The translations under genes were made by a program, and so were the position numbers. This document shows positions 6,678-15,985 of a stretch of 64,000 bases of DNA, piece by piece. The stretch lies in sequence record MT135025.1; one strand, given 5' to 3'. The notes beneath the pieces are model-generated. The model did no database searches. It was not told the origin of the DNA and saw only the letters and a program-made list of their open reading frames with translations. Each line of letters begins with the position of its first letter. Within the stretch, counting starts at the first letter, position 1.

Positions 6678-8747
6678 ATGATTATCCATACCCCTGATAG
6701 CACAGTACAAACATCTGGCAAGATGCGCACTGCTGGATTTAATATGAAAGCAAGCGCAAAAGGCTTTCGTATTATCTCGACTACACTATACAAAGACCCA
6801 ATTCTAGCTATTGTACGCGAATTGACGTGTAATGGTTGGGATGCGCATCAAATGAACAAAAATCTCGATACTCCGATTCAAGTACACTTACCGAATCAGT
6901 TCGAGCCGTGGTTTAGTGTGAAAGACTTCGGTTGTGGCATGAGCGACGACGAGATCTTTGGCGTGTACACGACTGTGTTTGATTCAACGAAAGATGACTC
7001 AAACGACGTGATTGGTGCAATGGGTCTAGGTTCAAAAACGCCATTTAGCTACAACAACGGTCAATCGTTCACTGTTAAGTCAACGAAGAATGGTCTGAAA
7101 GCTGTTTACTCGGCGTATCTAGACAAAGGTGAACCTGCAATCACATGTATGTCAGAGCCTGCGCCGACTGATGAACCGGACGGTGTTGAAGTCATCGTGC
7201 CAGTGCGTAAAGAAGACTTCAGTCGCTTTAAAGAAGCTGCAAATCAAGTAATGCCGTACTTTAAAGCACCTGCTGTTGAGACGAACATCACGCTTTCTGA
7301 GCGTAAATTCACTCACATGGACGGTTATTTCACTGAAAATAAGAAGAATTCATGGCGTTCTGGTGATGTCTATGCAGTAATGGGCAACGTTTGTTATCCG
7401 TTGAGCGAAAGTCACATTAAAGACATTCAGCTTGTGCGGAATTACTTCAAGAACTCTGACCTATTCATTGAGTTTCCGATTGGTGAGCTAGATGTAAGTG
7501 CGTCTCGTGAAGAACTTCACTATGACGATTACACAATTGAAAACATCAACAAGCGTGTGAACTTAATCAACACGAAATTCCTCGATGAAGCACAGAAATG
7601 GGTCGATGACCAGAAATTCTCGCACATCGGTGATGCGTACCGCGCTTGTGACAATCGCTTCAATGATGTTGTAATGAAGAAGCTGACATTTAATGGCGTG
7701 TCTGTAATGACTTACTCGCAAAATATGCTGAAAGATTTTGCGATTCTAGGTAAAGTTGTTCAACTTCGCCCTGAATACAGCAACAAAGAAGGTGTTCAGC
7801 GTCGGACGAACTTTGCTCGTCCGTATGATCTTGTGAACCCTCGCAATGAATACGCGAAAAGTCCAATTCATATTATTGTCGATGATATGAAATCAGGTGG
7901 CGTTGCTATCGCGAAAGAATACGTTCGTGAAGAAGGTCAAGTGGTGTTTTATCATCACGATGATAAGCCGTCAACTACTGCTGCTCTTGCATTCTTCAAA
8001 GAACGTCTGCGCGATTGCGAATACAAAGTGTTGAAGACTTCTGAACTGAAAGCTAATTACACGCCACAGAAGAAGACTGTCAAGAAAAAGCCAGTCTCAC
8101 CGACTATTCGCTTGTATGAAATGCGAATCAACGAAGACGGCGTTCGTACAGTTCAAGCGTCTGACGTGAAGCGCGAAGTGCTGAAGAACGACGAACTGTA
8201 TTACGTGAGTTTGTTCCGTGATTACATCGAGAAAACTCCAGAGTGCGGTCACGGTCTAGATTACCATCGTTCTCTTGGAATGATCGAAGAGATTATGCGT
8301 ATCAAAGGTCTTGATGTTGTGTACATTGCACGTCGCCCAGAGTACGTACACATCAAAGACAACAAAAACGCTGTGAATATCTTCGATATTAAGTTTAACA
8401 AGCGTGAGTTGCGTAGTAAAATTGACTGGAAATCTTACACAGTTGATAGTAATCTGTACGGCTATCGCAGTTCGCTAGAGAACACGTGGGCTAATACTGC
8501 TGTTCGTGACCATTTCGGTTACTCACAGTCTCGTAATACGTGCTGTCAGACGATTGATCGTCTATGTGATAACTTCCCTGCTGTTCGTGAAATTCGCAAA
8601 GCAGAGCAAGAAAAGCACTTGGAAAAGTTACAAACTATCCAAACTGCTCCGAAATACAAGTTGCTGTTTGATTTGGTAAGTTCAAACACCAACACTGAAT
8701 CAACGCAAAAACTAATTAAACTCTTGAGAGGAAAACGCAATGGTTAA
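6678..8747 (+). CDS. rIIA: RIIA lysis-inhibition/membrane protector protein
   Basis: GHKL-like N-terminus (LYKDPILAIVRELTCNGWDAH, VKDFGCGM, IGAMGLGSKTPFSY); followed by rIIB; likely start ATG 6678. Confidence 0.92.
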   Translation: MIIHTPDSTVQTSGKMRTAGFNMKASAKGFRIISTTLYKDPILAIVRELTCNGWDAHQMNKNLDTPIQVHLPNQFEPWFSVKDFGCGMSDDEIFGVYTTVFDSTKDDSNDVIGAMGLGSKTPFSYNNGQSFTVKSTKNGLKAVYSAYLDKGEPAITCMSEPAPTDEPDGVEVIVPVRKEDFSRFKEAANQVMPYFKAPAVETNITLSERKFTHMDGYFTENKKNSWRSGDVYAVMGNVCYPLSESHIKDIQLVRNYFKNSDLFIEFPIGELDVSASREELHYDDYTIENINKRVNLINTKFLDEAQKWVDDQKFSHIGDAYRACDNRFNDVVMKKLTFNGVSVMTYSQNMLKDFAILGKVVQLRPEYSNKEGVQRRTNFARPYDLVNPRNEYAKSPIHIIVDDMKSGGVAIAKEYVREEGQVVFYHHDDKPSTTAALAFFKERLRDCEYKVLKTSELKANYTPQKKTVKKKPVSPTIRLYEMRINEDGVRTVQASDVKREVLKNDELYYVSLFRDYIEKTPECGHGLDYHRSLGMIEEIMRIKGLDVVYIARRPEYVHIKDNKNAVNIFDIKFNKRELRSKIDWKSYTVDSNLYGYRSSLENTWANTAVRDHFGYSQSRNTCCQTIDRLCDNFPAVREIRKAEQEKHLEKLQTIQTAPKYKLLFDLVSSNTNTESTQKLIKLLRGKRNG

Positions 8748-9777
8748 TTTGCCAATCGAAACAAAACAGTCAATCGTTAAAGCATCTGCAAACGGCATGA
8801 CACAGAAAGACAACGCGGCGAAGCATGGTACTTCGCCAACCACCCTGCGCCGTGTGCTTGCTGAACACCGTGAAGGCAAATTCAGCTTAAACACTGCGAA
8901 GCAAGTAGTTAAGCGCCCATCTAAAGTGAAATCACGTTCGGCTGACTTCAAAGCGAATCTAGACGAGTTGCTAGACGCTACGGGCACTAAAGAAGAGACA
9001 AAGACGAAAGCGCCTGAGTCTGAAAAGACTCTTGAACAGAAGCTAGACGAAGCGATTGAAGATTTCGCTTACGTGATTACGCCAGTTAACGTGTCATTCA
9101 CGTTCAAAGGTCAAGCGTATTCTGCTGACATCACAGCTCCGAACTACAGCAAAATTGTTGCTGCATTGCTGGACAACGATGGTGAGCTTGCAGTTTCATT
9201 GCTTGATGTTGCGAAAGGCATCGAAGAATTCATGCTTGGTAATGTAGTTGTTAAGGGTGGCGTGGTTAAGTACAAAGATCTTGACATAGACGGTGGTATG
9301 ACTGGTCGTATTCTTGAAGCAATGGAAGCAGGTGACAAGTCTCAAGTGACTAAGCTTGTTAAGTTCTTCGAAAATCTCATTGAGAACCCGTCACGTCGCG
9401 CTGTTGAAGAGCTTTACGGCTTCTTGGAAGCTGCTGACATCGAACTTACCGATGACGGTCACTTCCTAGCGTACAAAAAGATTCGCGACAACTACAAAGA
9501 CATTCACAGTAACACTATGTGCAACAAGCCGGGCACTCGTGTGTGGATGCTACGTCACCAAGTGAACGACGACAAAGATCAAACGTGTTCGGCTGGTCTT
9601 CATGTATGTTCGAAAGGCTACTTGCCACACTTTGGTGGTGCGGCGGGTAATCGCATTGTGCTTTGTAAAGTGAACCCGCGTGATGTTGTGTCTGTACCTA
9701 CTGACTACAACAACACCAAGCTTCGCTGTAGTGAATATCTGGTTCTGAAAGAGCTAGACAAAAATACTTTGAAATAA
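8740..9777 (+). CDS. rIIB: RIIB protein
   Basis: N-terminal HTH; NPS..AV.ELYGFL, TDDGHFLAYK, CSAGLHVC, KVNPRDVVSVP.DYN..KLRCSEY. Confidence 0.93.
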   Translation: MVNLPIETKQSIVKASANGMTQKDNAAKHGTSPTTLRRVLAEHREGKFSLNTAKQVVKRPSKVKSRSADFKANLDELLDATGTKEETKTKAPESEKTLEQKLDEAIEDFAYVITPVNVSFTFKGQAYSADITAPNYSKIVAALLDNDGELAVSLLDVAKGIEEFMLGNVVVKGGVVKYKDLDIDGGMTGRILEAMEAGDKSQVTKLVKFFENLIENPSRRAVEELYGFLEAADIELTDDGHFLAYKKIRDNYKDIHSNTMCNKPGTRVWMLRHQVNDDKDQTCSAGLHVCSKGYLPHFGGAAGNRIVLCKVNPRDVVSVPTDYNNTKLRCSEYLVLKELDKNTLK

Positions 9778-9783
9778 TGTAAA

Positions 9784-9819
9784 AAAGGGTTGACTACGGT
9801 CAACCCTTTCTTGTATTAT
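9784..9819 (+). promoter_or_regulatory. terminator/early-promoter cassette
   Basis: AAAGGGTTGAC-TACG-GTCAACCCTTT hairpin containing -35 TTGACT, TATTAT -10, then ATCGAAAC leader. Confidence 0.8.
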
Positions 9820-9856
9820 TCTCATATCGAAACGAAACACCGAAAGAGAGAATAAT

Positions 9857-10171
9857 ATGAAATCTGACCTACGCACCATTCAAACTCTAGTAGAACAAAA
9901 AGATGTAGCAATCGTTGTTAAAGAACAGTATCGAAATGCACTTGCATTCGCATACGGCTGCATGACTGGCGTTCAGCGTCAAGTATACCGAGACTACCAC
10001 ATGAGTGTGCTGGTTGAGAGATTTGACCTTGAATTTTGTGAAGCAAACGAAGTTGTCTTACCTTATGGTGAGTTGAAGTCTGCAATCAAATTCATCAAAG
10101 ATAGCTTGAGCGCGTCTGACTATGACGAACTGAAAGCACTATTTCAATTCAACATTAAACTGCCAGAGTAA
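9857..10171 (+). CDS. hypothetical early protein
   Basis: First ORF after cassette; GAGAG SD. Confidence 0.7.
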   Translation: MKSDLRTIQTLVEQKDVAIVVKEQYRNALAFAYGCMTGVQRQVYRDYHMSVLVERFDLEFCEANEVVLPYGELKSAIKFIKDSLSASDYDELKALFQFNIKLPE

Positions 10172-10176
10172 GAATC

Positions 10177-10863
10177 ATGAAAAGACTGAAGAAACACATC
10201 AAAAAGTATGACGAACACGGCGTAGTTCAGTATAATATGCTGATGATATTCGCTTTGATAGTCACAATATCAATGTCAATCGCACTTGTTGCGTCAAATA
10301 TTCTGTTTGCATTTGAGCTTTCAGCTAGTGACGCTAACATCAAAACACCTGGCGATGCGTTCTGGACGGTTTGGATGGCTATGAGCACAATTGGATTTGG
10401 TGATCATTATCCCGTAACGACTGGTGGTAGATTTGTTATTGGTTCTATGTTTGTCGTTGGTGCGTCGCTGATTGGTCTTAACATCGGTATCGCGAATGCG
10501 TGGATTACATCTAAGTTCGACAAAAGCATACAGAATCGTGTGTTGAAGAGTCAAAACGATGCTCTATTGCAGAAATTAGATCGTCTTGAGACACATCTAG
10601 GCATCGGTCAAGAGGTGTTGTTTTCGAAAGATGCTCATGGTATAGATACAATGATTGACCAGTATTTTGACAGCAACGACAAAGCAGAGAGATTTGTTAC
10701 ACTCGGTCAAGATGATAGCGGTCGATATGTCGTGGCAATAAATCAGCAAATCATCGAAACACAAAAGACATCATTGAAATGGCACACGTTCATTAAAGAA
10801 GATGATGCGACGAAATTCTACAAAGACACAAGTGAACTATTCCACACGGAGCTATTCATATGA
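10177..10863 (+). CDS. potassium channel (KcsA-like 2TM/1P)
   Basis: TM1, pore helix GDAFWTVWMAMS, selectivity filter TIGFGD, YPVT..GR, TM2. Confidence 0.85.
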   Translation: MKRLKKHIKKYDEHGVVQYNMLMIFALIVTISMSIALVASNILFAFELSASDANIKTPGDAFWTVWMAMSTIGFGDHYPVTTGGRFVIGSMFVVGASLIGLNIGIANAWITSKFDKSIQNRVLKSQNDALLQKLDRLETHLGIGQEVLFSKDAHGIDTMIDQYFDSNDKAERFVTLGQDDSGRYVVAINQQIIETQKTSLKWHTFIKEDDATKFYKDTSELFHTELFI

Positions 10864-11357
10864 TTCGTAATATCTTATTTGCTGCTCTTGCAGCTATGAC
10901 ACTCGCAGCATGTGATAACAATTCTGCGACATTAGACACAAATGCTTACTATGCTGAACAAGAACAGCTATTAGTTGAAGCACCGACGACTGAAATGTTT
11001 GATACACAACCACCTGTTGTTCAACCTGTACAACAACCTGTACAACAACCGGTGATTATTCAGCAAGACGACGGGTTTGATCTAGGTGACGCAGCGATTG
11101 GTTTTGTTGCTGCTGAATTGATAGATGAAGTTGGTGATGCTTTCGAATCGAAGCATAAGAAGACTTACGTCGCGCCAGTGAAACAGCCTGTAATTAAGAA
11201 AGTTACACCGTATCAAGCACCTAAAAAACCTGTAGTCGTTAAGCCAACTGTAGTCAAACCGAGCATAGTTGAGACGAAACCTGAGAAGAAAGAGGGTTTT
11301 TTCAAGAAAGCAGTCAAAAAGGTTAAAAAAGTTAAGCGTAGTAAACGCAGAAAATAA
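10860..11357 (+). CDS. putative lipoprotein with Pro/Lys-rich tail
   Basis: Signal peptide with lipobox LAA|C; PVVQPVQQPVQQP repeats; basic C-terminus. Confidence 0.65.
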   Translation: MIRNILFAALAAMTLAACDNNSATLDTNAYYAEQEQLLVEAPTTEMFDTQPPVVQPVQQPVQQPVIIQQDDGFDLGDAAIGFVAAELIDEVGDAFESKHKKTYVAPVKQPVIKKVTPYQAPKKPVVVKPTVVKPSIVETKPEKKEGFFKKAVKKVKKVKRSKRRK

Positions 11358-11382
11358 AAAAGGGAGCGAATGCTCCCTTTTT
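11356..11382. terminator. bidirectional intrinsic terminator
   Basis: AAAAAAGGGAGC-GAAT-GCTCCCTTTTT between convergent genes. Confidence 0.8.
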
Positions 11383-11383
11383 G

Positions 11384-11926
11384 CTATTTGTTTTTCGATA
11401 AAACATCGAGAATTCTAGCTAATTCAGATTCGATGTGCTCAAGCTCCATTAGATATTCATCTGATTGCTTGATGTCACTACGTAGAAGACCTTTTGAAGT
11501 CGCAATATCAACGTCGCTATCTAGACTACCGCGCAATTTGCGTACCAAGAACAACGCACGATTCAAATCACGAGTGAATACGTTCACTGTCTTGTCAGTG
11601 ATCTTTTCTTCTGGCATACTCTGATATTTGTTCAATTTTCTCATGGTTTTCTTCAGTTCTTTGAAGTCTTTACGCGCTTGACCGCCAGCGAATAACACGC
11701 CACCAATCAAACCATTAAGTCCCATTGAGATACCAGCCCATGCCGCTAATGGCAATGCGATAGAAAGCCCTGCTGTACCCGGTGCTGCTGCAATTGAAGC
11801 ACTTGCCATACCTACAAAGCCACCCACTGCTGCGCCGATTGCAGCACTATTCTTAGCCCATTGACCGATAGTTGCTTCTTTCAACTCATCTGAATTCTTG
11901 AATTCATCAAATGTCTTTAGTTCCAT
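11384..11926 (-). CDS. putative internal virion protein with Gly/Ala-rich hydrophobic segment
   Basis: MELKTFDEF..ELKEA resembles T4 capsid-targeting sequence; AAGGTG SD favours ATG 11926 over GTG 11935. Confidence 0.55.
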   Translation of the reverse strand: MELKTFDEFKNSDELKEATIGQWAKNSAAIGAAVGGFVGMASASIAAAPGTAGLSIALPLAAWAGISMGLNGLIGGVLFAGGQARKDFKELKKTMRKLNKYQSMPEEKITDKTVNVFTRDLNRALFLVRKLRGSLDSDVDIATSKGLLRSDIKQSDEYLMELEHIESELARILDVLSKNK

Positions 11927-11951
11927 TCTGTTCACCTTGATTCATGCTCAT

Positions 11952-12024
11952 AAAAAACGAGGGAGCGACTATAAGTGGAACCAATACTCGCAGTGACCAA
12001 TGCGATACATAGTCACTACCCTCG
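11952..12024 (-). ncRNA. candidate structured late leader / small RNA
   Basis: 15-bp interrupted closing stem, internal TCGCA/TGCGA hairpin, U6 tail; downstream of TATAAACA. Confidence 0.35.
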
Positions 12025-12110
12025 AAACTGAGAAAAATGTTTATATGTTATATTTAGTGTTAGCTAGACACTCGTATAGCAATTATCTCTAATAAAAGTA
12101 GAAAAAAATG

Positions 12111-12139
12111 TTGACTAAAGTGTAAAATATCCTTATCAT
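12111..12139 (+). promoter_or_regulatory. sigma70-type promoter
   Basis: TTGACT-17 bp-TATCAT. Confidence 0.65.
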
Positions 12140-12186
12140 AGTGCATATTCTAATGAAACGTACAAAAATACAACAAAGAGGTTAAC

Positions 12187-12603
12187 ATGACTCCAAAATC
12201 AATCATTCGTGCAGCAAATACTCGCGTGTCAGAGCTTCAAATCTTCAATGGCGAGAACAGTACAGTCGTAGTTGGTGCACCGGGCAGTGGCAAAAACGCT
12301 ATGCTGATGGGAATGCTCATGCAACGTGGTGTTGCTGACTGTACAATGATCGTTACAGAAATGCGTGCCGGTGACATGGCAGAGAAGCTAGGTGCTGGCT
12401 CGCTTGTCGTCAATGGCGGGGTTGAACTTGAATCTCTTGTTGGCGCAGTTGCATTTGCATGTACACAACCACGTACTGACATCTTCATCGAACATGTGTC
12501 ACCGATTCTCGGTCACAACATCGTTGAGATTCTAGAGTCAATCGCTAAGCCATTCAACAAGCGAATCTACGTCGGTATGCAAGCTTCGCGTGGTGGTCTA
12601 TGA
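12187..12603 (+). CDS. small P-loop-like protein
   Basis: VVVGAPGSGKN Walker-A-like motif; only 138 aa. Confidence 0.5.
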   Translation: MTPKSIIRAANTRVSELQIFNGENSTVVVGAPGSGKNAMLMGMLMQRGVADCTMIVTEMRAGDMAEKLGAGSLVVNGGVELESLVGAVAFACTQPRTDIFIEHVSPILGHNIVEILESIAKPFNKRIYVGMQASRGGL

Positions 12604-12875
12604 ACTTCTTTCAAATAAGCATGAATCTAGCGACTGATTCATCAATTAATCCAGACGAAGCATGGGCTGATAAGCAATTGATTATTGCTTCTAGTCACGA
12701 AATGGCTCGAAAACTTGCCGACGCACGCGAGAAAGGTCGTCATGGTTGGCATGACCCTAATGTGTGTTCTATCGACTATCTCTATGAGTTGCGCGATAAA
12801 GCACTTGAAGACAATGATCATGTCAGTGTGATGAACTACACTGCAATGATCGCTATGCGGGAGAGTGTACAATGA
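12600..12875 (+). CDS. conserved phage hypothetical protein
   Basis: MARKL..AREKGRHGW.D..C..L.....D.VSVMNYTAM pattern seen in many phages. Confidence 0.6.
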   Translation: MNFFQISMNLATDSSINPDEAWADKQLIIASSHEMARKLADAREKGRHGWHDPNVCSIDYLYELRDKALEDNDHVSVMNYTAMIAMRESVQ

Positions 12876-13912
12876 ACGTACTATTCACGAGTCTATTCGG
12901 CTCGAAACTATATGGCACAGACACGCCAGAGTCAGACACTGACTATAAAGCAGTCTATCTACCCGAGTTGCGCACGCTACTTCGTGGTGTTGCAATAAAG
13001 AACTCAGTGCATTCCACTGGCAAATCGTTCGAGAAGAACGGCGCAGACGATGAAGACTTCGAATACATCCCTGTTCAAGTGTTCATGCGTGACTTTCTCG
13101 GCGGTCAGTCATATGCAATCGAGTTAGCATTCAATGCACTACAGAACCCTGATGACTGTAAGCCAGAGTTCTACAACATGTGTAAAGAAATGACTCGCAA
13201 GTACTTGACATCAAACGTCAAAGCAATGACTGGCTATGCGCTTAACCAAGCACAGAAGTACGGCATCAAAGGTACTCGACTGAACAGCCTTATGCAATTT
13301 GCACGTGCTGTAGAGACGCACAACGTCGATCCTAAAGCGAAGTTGGGTTCAAGTCCTGAGTTGTGTAAGCAACTATGGGAACTGTGTGCAGAAGACGCTC
13401 ACGTGCGTTTTCAGTGGTATCATGGGCCCAAGACTAAAGACGCAAGCGACTTGAAAGACCCTGCGTTCAGTGTGCTTGAGAAAGTATTCGGTCTTGAGAT
13501 CACGTTTGAAGAAGCTGCCGGTCGTCTTGAGAAGATGATGAGCAAATACGGCGCTCGTGCATATCAAGCGCGTGCTGCAAGCGGCTCAGACTGGAAAGCA
13601 ATCTCTCATGCTATGCGCGTGATCGATCAAGCAATCGACATACTGACAGTTGGTAAGCTTGAGTTTCCGTTGAAGCACGCTGCGTTCTATCGTGACGTGA
13701 AACAAGGTAAATACAAGTGGGAATACGTGTCTGAAGTGCTGCAAGAGCGCCTTGAATTGCTCGAAAAAGCAAAAGATACAACGTCACTTCCACATCACAC
13801 GCCTGATTTGGTTGCGAGATTTTACACCTGGTACGATGATTACCTTGATGAGTTTTATTTCCCTTGTGAAATGACTGATGAAGAAGTCAAACAAATGCTA
13901 GGCGCGTACTAG
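12872..13912 (+). CDS. nrdC.11: nucleotidyltransferase, T4 NrdC.11-like (Pol beta superfamily)
   Basis: FGSKLYGTDTPESDTDYKAVY (GS..D.D), GYA..QAQKYGIKG.RL, DWKAISHAMR..Q. Confidence 0.8.
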   Translation: MNVLFTSLFGSKLYGTDTPESDTDYKAVYLPELRTLLRGVAIKNSVHSTGKSFEKNGADDEDFEYIPVQVFMRDFLGGQSYAIELAFNALQNPDDCKPEFYNMCKEMTRKYLTSNVKAMTGYALNQAQKYGIKGTRLNSLMQFARAVETHNVDPKAKLGSSPELCKQLWELCAEDAHVRFQWYHGPKTKDASDLKDPAFSVLEKVFGLEITFEEAAGRLEKMMSKYGARAYQARAASGSDWKAISHAMRVIDQAIDILTVGKLEFPLKHAAFYRDVKQGKYKWEYVSEVLQERLELLEKAKDTTSLPHHTPDLVARFYTWYDDYLDEFYFPCEMTDEEVKQMLGAY

Positions 13913-13913
13913 T

Positions 13914-13921
13914 TATAAATA
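13914..13921 (+). promoter_or_regulatory. T4-type late promoter
   Basis: Exact TATAAATA 25 nt before next ATG. Confidence 0.8.
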
Positions 13922-13946
13922 CGTTAAACAAACAAAGAGGTTTAAC

Positions 13947-14198
13947 ATGCAAGGTTTTAAAGATTATTTCAAGAAAGGTGAAGTCAAGCTGCAAGAAACT
14001 GAACAAGAGTTTCACGAGCGCGTTGTCAAGCATCGACAAGTAGATGACAAACGTTACCCAGATTTGTCTAAGTCTGGGCTAGAGGGTCCATACACTGATC
14101 TTAATGGTAAAGTGTATTACTATGACCCACGTGAAGGCATGTACTACGATCCCGACACTGACATTTACATTACTGCAAAAGATTTACGTTTACCGTAA
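13947..14198 (+). CDS. small late protein, possible internal head protein
   Basis: MQGFKDYF..KLQE start; GPY..NGKVYYYDPREGMYYDPDTDIY motif; GAGG SD. Confidence 0.65.
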   Translation: MQGFKDYFKKGEVKLQETEQEFHERVVKHRQVDDKRYPDLSKSGLEGPYTDLNGKVYYYDPREGMYYDPDTDIYITAKDLRLP

Positions 14199-14210
14199 CA
14201 CAACGAACAC

Positions 14211-14234
14211 AAAGCGCCTACGGGCGCTTTTTTT
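14211..14234 (+). terminator. intrinsic terminator
   Basis: AAAGCGCC-TACG-GGCGCTTTTTTT. Confidence 0.85.
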
Positions 14235-14255
14235 ATGCAAGGAAGGTTATTAACA

Positions 14256-14630
14256 ATGATGTCACCGAGAGTACTCGTTTGCGGCGGTCGCAAATTTAAT
14301 GATCGAAAACTTGTTTATGCTGCGCTCGACAAGCTATACAATAGCAATTATATCGGTCGAATGACTATTATCGAGGGCGGCGCATTAGGCGCGGATCGAC
14401 TTGCGCAAGATTGGGCGAATCAAGCGCATATCGACGTTGACTTAATAACATGCGAAGCTGAATGGGAAAAGTATGGCGATTCTGCGGGTTATCGACGCAA
14501 CAAAGACATGGCTGATCTCAAACCAGACATTTGTTTGGCATTTAAAGGTGGTCGTGGCACTCAGAACATGATAGACATCTGTCGAGAACGTTCAATCAAA
14601 GTGCATACAATCAATTGGAAATATAGATGA
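14256..14630 (+). CDS. SLOG-family (YspA/DUF2493-like) protein
   Basis: RVLVCGGRKFND, IIEGGALGADRLA..WA, AEWEKYG..AG..RN..M. Confidence 0.8.
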   Translation: MMSPRVLVCGGRKFNDRKLVYAALDKLYNSNYIGRMTIIEGGALGADRLAQDWANQAHIDVDLITCEAEWEKYGDSAGYRRNKDMADLKPDICLAFKGGRGTQNMIDICRERSIKVHTINWKYR

Positions 14631-14641
14631 GGAAAAGATAA

Positions 14642-15907
14642 GTGGGTTTAACTAATTGCCAACAAGGCGCTATGGATGCATTTCTTGAATCAGACGGTCA
14701 CATGACTATCTCTGGTCCCGCTGGCTCTGGTAAGACATTCTTGATGAAATCAATTCTCGAAGCTCTTGAGTCGAAAGGGAAGAATGTCACAATGGTGACA
14801 CCAACTCACCAAGCAAAGAACGTACTGCATAAAGCAACTGGTCAAGAAGTCTCGACTATTCACAGTTTGCTGAAGATTCACCCAGACACATACGAAGATC
14901 AAAAGCACTTCACACAATCAGGCGAGGTTGAAGGTCTAGACGAAATCGACGTGCTTGTTGTCGAAGAAGCAAGTATGGTTGATGAAGAGCTATTTCAAAT
15001 CACTGGTAGAACAATGCCGCGCAAGTGTCGCATTCTAGCAGTCGGTGACAAATATCAGCTTCAGCCAGTTAAGCACGAGCCTGGTGTTATCTCACCATTC
15101 TTCACTAAGTTCAGCACGTTTGAAATGAACGAAGTCGTGCGTCAAGCGAAAGACAATCCGTTGATTCAAGTCGCAACTGAAGTACGAAACGGTCAATGGC
15201 TACGCACTAACTGGTCGAAAGAACGTCGTCAAGGTGTGCTGCACGTGCCTAACGTGAACAAAATGCTAGACACATACTTGAGCAAAGTGAACAGCCCTGA
15301 AGATCTGCTTGACTATCGCATTCTCGCGTACACAAACGATTGTGTTGATACGTTCAACGGCATCATTCGTGAACACGTGTACAACACGTCAGAGCCATTC
15401 ATTCCCGGTGAATATCTCGTGACTCAAATGCCAGTAATGGTTTCAAACGGCAAATACCCTGTTTGTGTCATTGAAAATGGTGAAGTTGTTAAGATTCTAG
15501 ACGTTCGCCAGAAGACTATCGACGGAATGCTACCAAAAGTAGACAATGAAGCGTTTGATGTTGCTGTGCTGACTGTTGAGAAAGAAGATGGCAACGTATA
15601 TGAGTTCACAGTACTGTGGGATGACCTACAGAAAGAGCGTTTTGCTCGTTACTTGTCTGTTGCTGCTGGTACTTACAAGTCAATGCGTGGTAATACAAAG
15701 CGTTACTGGCGTGCTTTCTGGGGTTTGAAAGAGCAAATGATTGAAACTAAGTCGCTTGGTGCATCAACTGTTCACAAATCGCAGGGTACAACTGTCAAAG
15801 GTGTGTGCTTGTACACTCAAGACATGGGATACGCTGAGCCAGAGATTCTACAGCAATTGGTCTACGTTGGGTTGACTCGACCTACTGATTGGGCATTATA
15901 CAATTAA
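14642..15907 (+). CDS. dda: Dda DNA helicase (SF1B)
   Basis: GPAGSGKT, TPTHQAKNVL, STIHSLLKI, VEEASM, GDKYQLQPV, TVHKSQGTT, YVGLTRP. Confidence 0.93.
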   Translation: MGLTNCQQGAMDAFLESDGHMTISGPAGSGKTFLMKSILEALESKGKNVTMVTPTHQAKNVLHKATGQEVSTIHSLLKIHPDTYEDQKHFTQSGEVEGLDEIDVLVVEEASMVDEELFQITGRTMPRKCRILAVGDKYQLQPVKHEPGVISPFFTKFSTFEMNEVVRQAKDNPLIQVATEVRNGQWLRTNWSKERRQGVLHVPNVNKMLDTYLSKVNSPEDLLDYRILAYTNDCVDTFNGIIREHVYNTSEPFIPGEYLVTQMPVMVSNGKYPVCVIENGEVVKILDVRQKTIDGMLPKVDNEAFDVAVLTVEKEDGNVYEFTVLWDDLQKERFARYLSVAAGTYKSMRGNTKRYWRAFWGLKEQMIETKSLGASTVHKSQGTTVKGVCLYTQDMGYAEPEILQQLVYVGLTRPTDWALYN

Positions 15908-15920
15908 TTTCAAAAAGTAG

Positions 15921-15949
15921 TTGACAGAGCGTGTGAGTGGCTGTAATAT
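15921..15949 (+). promoter_or_regulatory. sigma70-type promoter
   Basis: TTGACA-17 bp-TAATAT. Confidence 0.65.
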
Positions 15950-15985
15950 GTCACTCAACGCCTAACAAAACAAGAGAACAAAATC

